Shown here one piece after another: positions 1 to 4,524 of a stretch of 4,524 bases of DNA. Location: IMG/VR virus record IMGVR_UViG_2671180603_000005. The stretch is one strand, 5' to 3'. Within the stretch, counting starts at the first letter, position 1, and the number at the start of each line of letters is the position of its first letter. The DNA comes from a virus. Taxonomy: Duplodnaviria > Heunggongvirae > Uroviricota > Caudoviricetes. Under the pieces are notes generated by a model that saw only the letters and a list, made by a program, of their open reading frames with translations, had not been told where the DNA came from and made no database searches. The position numbers were made by a program, and so were the translations under genes.

Positions 1-22
1 TCCTGTGCCGTTTTTCAGGTAT

Positions 23-46
23 AAAAAAACCCGCATAAAGCGGGCT
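23..46 (-). terminator. Rho-independent terminator downstream of the Q-like gene (tR'-like)
   Basis: On the minus strand: GC stem CCCGC (44..40) pairing with GCGGG (34..30), 5-nt loop TTTAT, followed directly by a run of 7 T (29..23). It lies about 75 nt downstream of the Q-like stop codon. Confidence 0.7.
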
Positions 47-123
47 CTTTCAAATGTCCATGTCTGCTATTCGCCTCGCGGTACAGCTTTGCGAAGCGTA
101 CAAGAATTGAAGCAGTTTTTACG

Positions 124-678
124 TCAAAAAGCAATAACTTTTTTCTCTATACCAAAAGCCATAACCATTGGTTTGTACAAAATAAATTCTGCCACCTTTA
201 GCCAATGCTCAATGCGTCTTTCACAGGTTCTTAAACTCCATTTCGGGTGTGCATCATTCAGCAGTTCAGCCATTTTGCGTTTGGTCATCCCCCGCCCCTC
301 ATACCGTTGCCGAAGGACGCTAATCAATCCTGGATGCTCTGCCAGCACCTCACTTATGACCCGATCAATACATAACGCCTCTGCATCAGTACAATGCGCC
401 AGCCAGCTCTTTTGCTTACCGTTAATCATATCCCGCAAAAAAGCCTCAAGTTCAGACTTGTTCAGACCTGCTTTTTTCATCCTCCGGAGCGCCTCGTTAA
501 TTGCCGTTTTTGTCAGCTTTTTAGAGGTCAACATCAGGTTAAACATATTCCCCGTCTTACCGCCACCAATATACGACCAGCGCCCCCACATACGTAGTTT
601 TCCCTGAATCCAGACACTTTCCAGCGTGGTGAGACGAAGGTGTTCTCCGCTTTTTCCTGTATTCGTTGGGTAAATCAT
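124..678 (-). CDS. Putative late-gene antitermination protein Q (phage 82/21-type family), 184 aa
   Basis: ATG at 678..676 is preceded by GGAGGG 5 nt upstream; the track ORF (start 798) is a longer upstream extension. Contains a WGRW motif and a C-terminal basic region as I recall for non-lambda Q families. Position is typical for Q: last gene before a strong terminator and right after DUF1367/DUF1364 genes. Family assignment is from memory, not searched. Confidence 0.55.
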   Translation of the reverse strand: MIYPTNTGKSGEHLRLTTLESVWIQGKLRMWGRWSYIGGGKTGNMFNLMLTSKKLTKTAINEALRRMKKAGLNKSELEAFLRDMINGKQKSWLAHCTDAEALCIDRVISEVLAEHPGLISVLRQRYEGRGMTKRKMAELLNDAHPKWSLRTCERRIEHWLKVAEFILYKPMVMAFGIEKKVIAF

Positions 679-965
679 AAATATCCCTCCTTTCTCCAGA
701 TTTCTTGTGTGCGAAAAACACCTTCTGCATGCATCAGGCGTAATTCTTCTTTGGTGTAATCGCTGGTTTTTACCCGCCCGTCGATTAAATCGTGGCACGA
801 GCTACAGGCAATCGCTGCCTGCATATCGTGTGGCTTTATCGCTGTTCCGCACGTTCCCGCCAGTCGGTAATGCGCCAGCACAGACGTTTCCGGATCGTGA
901 TTGCAGTAGCCAGGAATTCTGACGGTGCACATCTGCCCCCGCGCCGCTTTACGTAAATCCACCAT
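675..965 (-). CDS. DUF1364 family protein (YbcO-like, Cys-rich putative zinc-binding/nuclease-like), 96 aa
   Basis: Translation MVDLRKAARG..CTVRIPGYCN..ETSVLAHYR..ACSSCH resembles my recollection of DLP12 YbcO. GGAG sits 8 nt upstream of the ATG at 965. Its stop overlaps the Q start (ATGA), and its start overlaps the upstream stop (TAATG), suggesting translational coupling. Confidence 0.6.
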   Translation of the reverse strand: MVDLRKAARGQMCTVRIPGYCNHDPETSVLAHYRLAGTCGTAIKPHDMQAAIACSSCHDLIDGRVKTSDYTKEELRLMHAEGVFRTQEIWRKEGYL

Positions 966-1270
966 TACGCAAACTCCAGCAGCTGCGCGGCCACATTTTC
1001 GACTTGTTCCGGAGAGGAAAATTTACGGAACAGAATCCAGTTCCACAGCACATTCAGAACAGATTTATAAACCTGCTGAAACTCGGTTTCGTCCATATTC
1101 GCAAAAGCGATGGATTTTGCCCGACGCCCGCGGCTACCGTCCGGATAAAAATGTTCGGTGTAAAATCCAGCCTGAATGGTTACCCACTCGCGAAAAGCCT
1201 CAAACGACTTTAGCAATGCCGTATCCCGGGTTCTGCGTGTCGCAACTGTATTCAGATATTGCTCTGCGGC
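965..1270 (-). pseudogene. 3' fragment of a DUF1367-family gene (C-terminal ~101 codons), in frame but with no ATG start
   Basis: Open frame runs from the TAA at 1273..1271 down to the stop at 967..965. It encodes ..AAEQYLNTVATRRTRDTALLKSFEAFREW..QQVYKSVLNVLWNWILFRKFSSPEQVENVAAQLLEFA. The track's start at 1216 is a TTG codon. The first ~70 codons duplicate the 3' end of the upstream ORF (1271..1774). Confidence 0.55.
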
Positions 1271-1273
1271 TTA
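1064..1273. repeat. Tandem repeat unit 2 (210 bp) of a divergent in-frame tandem duplication
   Basis: 1064..1273 aligns base-for-base with 1274..1483, with about 12 mismatches in 210 bp (~94% identity). The offset is exactly 210 bp (70 codons). Confidence 0.85.
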
Positions 1274-1774
1274 TTTATAAACCTGCTGAAACTCGGTTTC
1301 GTCCATATTCGCAAACGCGATAGATTTCGCCCGACACCCACGGCTACCGTCCGGATAAAAATGCTCGGTGTAAAATCCGGCCTGAATGGCTACCCACTCG
1401 CGGAAAGCCTCAAACGACTTTAGCAATGCCGTATCACTGGTTCTGCGTGTCGCAACTGTATTCAGATATTGCTCTGCGGCTTCGCTCAGAGCTGGCGTAT
1501 GTTCCCGGCCTACTGATTCACACAGGTAATCAACGAAACCGGACACCAGTTTTCGTTCGCGAGGCGTGATCGCCCCACCGACCGGAGTCCAGTAATCGAA
1601 ACCCAGTTGCAGGAGTTTGAAAAAACGCTTGTGGAATGCGTAGTTACACACACGCTTAAAGTCTGCGTGTATCCACTCACCTATTTTGATTTGATGCAGA
1701 AAATCGCAACTCTCCGGCGTCGCCGGGAGAAGTAATCCGGAAGAGGTTTGTTTGATCAGTTGTATATGCGCCAT
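1271..1774 (-). CDS. DUF1367 family phage protein, 167 aa, C-terminally truncated by a stop at the duplication junction
   Basis: ATG at 1774..1772 with GGAG 6 nt upstream. Translation MAHIQLIKQTSSGLLLPATPESCDFLHQIKIGEW... The intact protein is inferred to be ~199 aa (167 aa plus the 32 aa that follow the repeat in the downstream fragment). Confidence 0.6.
   Translation of the reverse strand: MAHIQLIKQTSSGLLLPATPESCDFLHQIKIGEWIHADFKRVCNYAFHKRFFKLLQLGFDYWTPVGGAITPRERKLVSGFVDYLCESVGREHTPALSEAAEQYLNTVATRRTSDTALLKSFEAFREWVAIQAGFYTEHFYPDGSRGCRAKSIAFANMDETEFQQVYK
1274..1483. repeat. Tandem repeat unit 1 (210 bp), inside the DUF1367 ORF
   Basis: Partner of 1064..1273. The junction triplet at 1271..1273 (plus-strand tta) reads TAA on the minus strand and terminates the upstream ORF, where the corresponding codon in the other unit is GAA. 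Confidence 0.85.
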
Positions 1775-1800
1775 CGTAGTTCTCCGCTGGCGCAGTAGAA
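1553..1800. repeat. Dispersed direct repeat, copy A (5' end of the DUF1367 gene plus ~25 bp upstream)
   Basis: 1553..1774 matches 2283..2504 with only 2 mismatches. The upstream portions (1775..1800 vs 2505..2530) are more diverged. The copies lie 730 bp apart in direct orientation and flank the IS2 fragment. Confidence 0.85.
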
Positions 1801-1816
1801 TGGGTGTTCAGCCCGT

Positions 1817-2282
1817 TGGATTTGCCCCTATATTTCCAGACATCTGTTATCACTTAACCCATTACAAGCCCGCTGCCGCAGATATTCCCGTGGCGAGCGA
1901 TAACCCAGCGCACTATGCGGATGCCATTCGTTATAATGCTCGAACGCCTCTGCAAGGTTCTTTGCTGCCGTTAACCCGTCTGGTTTGGGCATGATACTGA
2001 TGTAGTCACGCTTTATCGTTTTCACGAAGCTCTCTGCTATTCCGTTACTCTCCGGACTCCGCACCGCCGTGTTCTTCGGTTCAAGTCCCAACATCCGGGC
2101 GAACTGGCGTGTTTCATTAGCCCGGTAGCATGAACCATTATCCGTCAGCCACTCCACTGGAGACGACGGAAGATCGTTGCCGAAGCGGCGTTCCACCGCT
2201 CCCAGCATGACGTCCTGTACTGTTTCACTGTTGAAGCCGCCGGTAGTCACCGCCCAGTGCAGTGCCTCACGATCACAGCAGA
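1817..2282 (-). mobile_element. Truncated IS2 (IS3 family): right-hand ~466 bp including the terminal inverted repeat
   Basis: Plus strand 1817.. reads TGGATTTGCCCCTATATTTCCAGACATCTGTTATCACTTAACCC, which matches the IS2 right inverted repeat as I recall it. The adjacent minus-strand ORF encodes the InsD C-terminus. Homology ends abruptly at about 2282, so roughly 865 bp of the 1331-bp element are absent. Confidence 0.8.
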
Positions 2283-2283
2283 T
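1828..2283 (-). pseudogene. insD: IS2 transposase InsD (OrfB), C-terminal ~150 codons only
   Basis: Translation ..[150 protein letters not shown] matches the IS2 InsD C-terminus. The N-terminal part and insC are missing. Confidence 0.8.
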
Positions 2284-2504
2284 CGTTCGCGAGGCGTGAT
2301 CGCCCCACCGACCGGAGTCCAGTAATCGAAACCCAGTTGCAGGAGTTTGAAAAAACGCTTGTGGAATGCGTAGTTACACACACGCTTAAAGTCTGCGTGT
2401 ATCCACTCACCTATTTTGATTTGATGCAGAAAATCGCAACTCTCCGGCGTCGCCGGGAGAAGTAATCCGGAAGAGGTTTGTTTGACCAGTTGTATATGTG
2501 CCAT
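2247..2504 (-). pseudogene. Truncated second copy of the DUF1367 gene (first 74 codons) fused into IS2-derived sequence
   Basis: ATG at 2504..2502. Translation MAHIQLVKQ...AITPRER is nearly identical to the N-terminus of the 1271..1774 ORF, then continues as [11 protein letters not shown] out of frame through IS2 sequence to a stop. The track's start at 2546 is a TTG extension. Confidence 0.6.
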
Positions 2505-2530
2505 CGGCTTTCTCCGGTGGCACGGTGTTA
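2283..2530. repeat. Dispersed direct repeat, copy B (second 5' end of a DUF1367 gene)
   Basis: Near-identical to 1553..1800 (see copy A). Confidence 0.85.
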
Positions 2531-2542
2531 CACAGCAGGAGT

Positions 2543-2830
2543 TCAATCCTGCTCAAGATTGTAGATGAGTTTATTCTTCAGCAAAAGCAGAAAACCAGCC
2601 TTAAAACCAATCTCTTTCAAAACCCGTAATGATGTGACAAATTCGTCCTCACGCAAAATAAAACCGTCCGTCAGAAGTCCATTACAAAAATAAAATAACA
2701 CAGCACCGCTCTTCCTTTGTTGAGATTGCAAACATCTAATGCGGCAATGGCTGACAATCGCTCCATTCTCAACGCGCACAGCATAGAGGCCATTTTCACT
2801 AAAAATTTCACGCAATTCTTCGATTTTCAT
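2543..2830 (-). CDS. Hypothetical small protein, 95 aa (phage orphan ORF; occupies the position of rem in Qin-like prophages)
   Basis: ATG at 2830..2828 with GGAAGGA about 8 nt upstream and a candidate promoter further upstream. No recognisable motif. Its stop abuts the upstream region of the truncated DUF1367 copy. Confidence 0.45.
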   Translation of the reverse strand: MKIEELREIFSENGLYAVRVENGAIVSHCRIRCLQSQQRKSGAVLFYFCNGLLTDGFILREDEFVTSLRVLKEIGFKAGFLLLLKNKLIYNLEQD

Positions 2831-2911
2831 CTTCAGAATCCTTCCAGATAAATAGCTCTCCCCTGTTCGGGGTCCATCCCTCTTCTCCCTGCGCGCTACT
2901 TAAGTGAGTCG

Positions 2912-2939
2912 ATTCTATCTGCGAAGGTGCGCGAATCAA
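2912..2939 (-). promoter_or_regulatory. Candidate sigma70 promoter for the 95-aa ORF
   Basis: Minus strand: -35 TTGATT (2939..2934), 16-nt spacer, -10 TAGAAT (2917..2912), about 80 nt upstream of the ATG. Hexamer match only. Confidence 0.35.
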
Positions 2940-2954
2940 ATTCACCGGAAATAA

Positions 2955-3002
2955 ACAACAAAAAACCCGCCGAAACGCTGAGAGATCACAGCGATGGGCG
3001 GG
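2955..3002 (-). terminator. Intrinsic terminator at the 3' end of the hok transcript
   Basis: Minus strand: CCCGCC..CGCTG / CAGCG..GGCGGG interrupted stem-loop (3002..2966) followed by TTTTTTGTTGTTTATTT. It lies about 80 nt downstream of the hok stop. Confidence 0.6.
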
Positions 3003-3079
3003 TTAAGTGCGGGTGCGTTGAGGATGCCTGACACATCAGAGGTGGGCAGGGATGGGATCAGCTCCCCGCCCGGTCACTC

Positions 3080-3235
3080 TTACTTCCTGGATTCGTAGTC
3101 TACGAAGACAGCGACCTCCGTCTGGCCGGTTCGGATTCGTACCTCACAGAGGTCTTTCCTCGTTACCAGTGCCGTCACTATGACGGTTAAACAGATGACG
3201 ATCAGGGCGATTAACATCGCCTTTTGCTGCTTCAT
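3080..3235 (-). CDS. hok: Hok/Gef-family type I toxin (small membrane peptide), 51 aa
   Basis: Translation MKQQKAMLIALIVICLTVIVTALVTRKDLCEVRIRTGQTEVAVFVDYESRK closely resembles HokD/RelF as I recall it, with the hydrophobic helix and conserved Cys. AAGGAG sits 9 nt upstream of the ATG at 3235. The track ORF (start 3292) is an in-frame upstream extension. Confidence 0.85.
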   Translation of the reverse strand: MKQQKAMLIALIVICLTVIVTALVTRKDLCEVRIRTGQTEVAVFVDYESRK

Positions 3236-3411
3236 AGCCTGCTTCTCCTTGCCTTTCGGCATGTAAGAGGCTAACCTACATGTGCAAAGCATGAAATTGG
3301 CCTCAGATTAATGTTAAGCGTCTTGCCGGACGCGTAATGTTAACTGGGGCTTTTCTCTATCTGCCTTTTGGTGTTCATGCCTGAAGCAGATAGCCTCAAG
3401 CACCCGCAGTC

Positions 3412-3441
3412 ATTCTACTTACCTCGCCAATATGAAATCAA
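3412..3441 (-). promoter_or_regulatory. Candidate promoter for hok mRNA
   Basis: Minus strand: -35 TTGATT (3441..3436), 18-nt spacer, -10 TAGAAT (3417..3412). It would give a ~170-nt leader before the hok ATG, consistent with the long structured leaders of hok mRNAs. Hexamer match only. Confidence 0.35.
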
Positions 3442-3462
3442 TCAGAAAGGTGCCCCATAAAA

Positions 3463-4149
3463 TCACTCCTTCTCTTCTTTACCGTAGTGGAGTTGACCAA
3501 TTTTGATAAGAGGGCGTCCCTGAGATTTGCGGTGTAGATTGGTATCGCGCAGAGAATACACACAGCCACAATATTCCTGCTGATAGAATTTTTCGCGCTT
3601 GCTGATTTCAATCATACGGGACGAGCCGCCCTGCTTGCGCCAGTTATAATCCCAGTACACCATGCCCGGATAATGCGCGACGGCTCGCCGCCCACAGTCG
3701 TTAACCTGCTGCATATTTTTCCAGCGTGAAATGCCCAGTGAACTGCTGATCACACTGAAACCATTTTCAGCGGCGTACAGCGCTGTCCGCTCAAAACGCA
3801 TGTCAAAACACATGGTGCAACGGATCCCTCGTTCGGGCTCCCATTCCATTCCTTTGGCTCGTTCAAACCAGTTGTCTGTGTCGTAATCAGCATCAATAAA
3901 CGGCACGCCGTGTTGTTCAGCAAAGCGAATATTCTCATCCTTACGAATTAAATACTCTTTCTGAGGATGAATGTTCGGGTTGTAGAAAAAGATGGTGTAG
4001 TCGATTCCCGAGGCCTGAAGCGCCTCCATCACCTCACCGGAACATGGAGCACAGCAAGAGTGCAGTAGTAGTTTGTTTGCCCCGTTTGGGAGCTCCAATT
4101 TGGGCCGTTTGAAATCAGCAACTGTCATAAATATGTTTATTGGGGTCAT
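3463..4149 (-). CDS. DUF208 / QueH-like protein (putative B12-independent epoxyqueuosine reductase homologue), 228 aa
   Basis: N-terminal [11 protein letters not shown] motif, a central RCTMCF CxxC pair and C-terminal YCGCVYS, matching the cysteine pattern I associate with the QueH/DUF208 family. Two candidate ATG starts (4149 and 4128), neither with a clear Shine-Dalgarno. Assignment is from memory and unverified. Confidence 0.55.
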   Translation of the reverse strand: MTPINIFMTVADFKRPKLELPNGANKLLLHSCCAPCSGEVMEALQASGIDYTIFFYNPNIHPQKEYLIRKDENIRFAEQHGVPFIDADYDTDNWFERAKGMEWEPERGIRCTMCFDMRFERTALYAAENGFSVISSSLGISRWKNMQQVNDCGRRAVAHYPGMVYWDYNWRKQGGSSRMIEISKREKFYQQEYCGCVYSLRDTNLHRKSQGRPLIKIGQLHYGKEEKE

Positions 4150-4210
4150 AAAAATATCAAAGAGTGTAGCATTAGAACGGGGCTATCGGAAACAGATGTG
4201 TGACTGCTCC

Positions 4211-4226
4211 CCGCCCTTTCGGGCGG
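4211..4226. other. GC-rich hairpin (6-bp stem, tetraloop) between the partial CDS and the QueH-like gene
   Basis: CCGCCC-TTTC-GGGCGG perfect inverted repeat. No adjacent U-tract on either strand, so not a canonical intrinsic terminator. Confidence 0.4.
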
Positions 4227-4296
4227 TCTCCTGATGATTTGAGGGTGCAGAAATCCCTCCGGTTAAGGATTAAATTTTTAACAGTGCTAAATTTAA

Positions 4297-4524
4297 TTAT
4301 TCAGTTCTGGATTTTGTCGCCCTGCGTATCCGCGCTTTCGCGTTACGCTCAATCTGTATCAGCTTTTCTATATTTCTCCGCCTTTCCTGTTCCTCCTGGC
4401 GCAATAGCCTTACATCATCTGCCAGTCTGGTTTCTCTTTTTGCCACAGAGAGCATCCAGTCAAACGGCTCCACAACCGCACCGCAGATTTTACAGCGGAC
4501 CTGACGCTCTTTTTCGTCAACCCG
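4297..4524 (-). CDS. Partial CDS (3' end only, 75 codons; 5' end lies beyond the window), hypothetical protein with CxxC and a charged helical tail
   Basis: Minus-strand frame is open from the window edge to the TAA at 4299..4297. Translation ..RVDEKERQVRCKICGAVVEPFDWMLSVAKRETRLADDVRLLRQEEQERRRNIEKLIQIERNAKARIRRATKSRTE. Not in the ORF track because it runs off the window. Confidence 0.45.
   Translation of the reverse strand, partial: RVDEKERQVRCKICGAVVEPFDWMLSVAKRETRLADDVRLLRQEEQERRRNIEKLIQIERNAKARIRRATKSRTE

Noticed and set aside
5-607. 200-aa plus-strand ORF (and the nested 394..597 ORF) antisense to the Q-like gene
   Set aside because: It fully overlaps a better-supported minus-strand gene that has an RBS and phage synteny. 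It starts with GTG, has no RBS and a low-complexity Ser/Arg-rich translation typical of antisense shadow ORFs.
124-798. Longer 224-aa version of the Q-like ORF starting at 798
   Set aside because: The extension reads through the 3' end of the upstream DUF1364 gene in another frame. The internal ATG at 678 has a strong GGAGGG RBS and the stop/start overlap typical of coupled phage genes.
707-1323. Plus-strand ORFs 707..922, 925..1323 and 1004..1213
   Set aside because: They are antisense to the DUF1364 and DUF1367 coding regions, have no ribosome-binding sites, and the 925..1323 ORF merely reflects the tandem repeat on the opposite strand.
1752-2465. Plus-strand ORFs 1752..1994 and 2262..2465
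   Set aside because: They lie antisense across the IS2 terminal repeat/insD remnant and the duplicated DUF1367 5' region; no start context and no recognisable product.
3236-3292. N-terminally extended Hok (70 aa) or a Mok-like reading frame
   Set aside because: Hok-family toxins are ~50 aa and the ATG at 3235 has the strong Shine-Dalgarno. The extension is in frame with hok rather than in a separate overlapping register as expected for mok, so I did not annotate a mok gene; its existence remains open.
3318-3333. Plus-strand hairpin GCGTC/GACGC considered as a Sok antisense RNA terminator
   Set aside because: No U-tract follows the stem and no convincing upstream plus-strand promoter exists; insufficient to call an antisense RNA gene.
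3750-3938. 62-aa minus-strand ORF inside the QueH-like gene
   Set aside because: It is an alternative frame nested within the longer, motif-bearing 228-aa ORF, with no independent support.
1-4524. CRISPR arrays, tRNA or rRNA genes, integrase or att sites
   Set aside because: The only repeats are the two gene-derived direct repeats described above, which have no spacer-repeat periodicity. No cloverleaf-compatible tRNA-like segments or rRNA-like sequence were seen.

Overview
This window reads as a fragment of an Enterobacteriaceae (E. coli/Shigella-type) lambdoid prophage, with every credible gene on the minus strand. Reading the minus strand from high to low coordinates: a partial CDS of unknown function (3' end only), a DUF208/QueH-like Cys-rich gene, a hok-family type I toxin gene with its own candidate promoter and terminator, a 95-aa orphan ORF, then a rearranged nin-region-like block (a truncated 5' copy of a DUF1367 gene, a 3' fragment of IS2, a second DUF1367 copy broken by a 210-bp divergent in-frame tandem duplication), a DUF1364 (YbcO-like) gene, a candidate antiterminator Q gene and a strong intrinsic terminator (tR'-like). 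The most notable points are the QueH-like gene as prophage cargo beside hok, and the two separate rearrangement scars in the DUF1367 region. Nothing could be searched or folded computationally; all family assignments are from motifs and recalled sequences and need confirmation.
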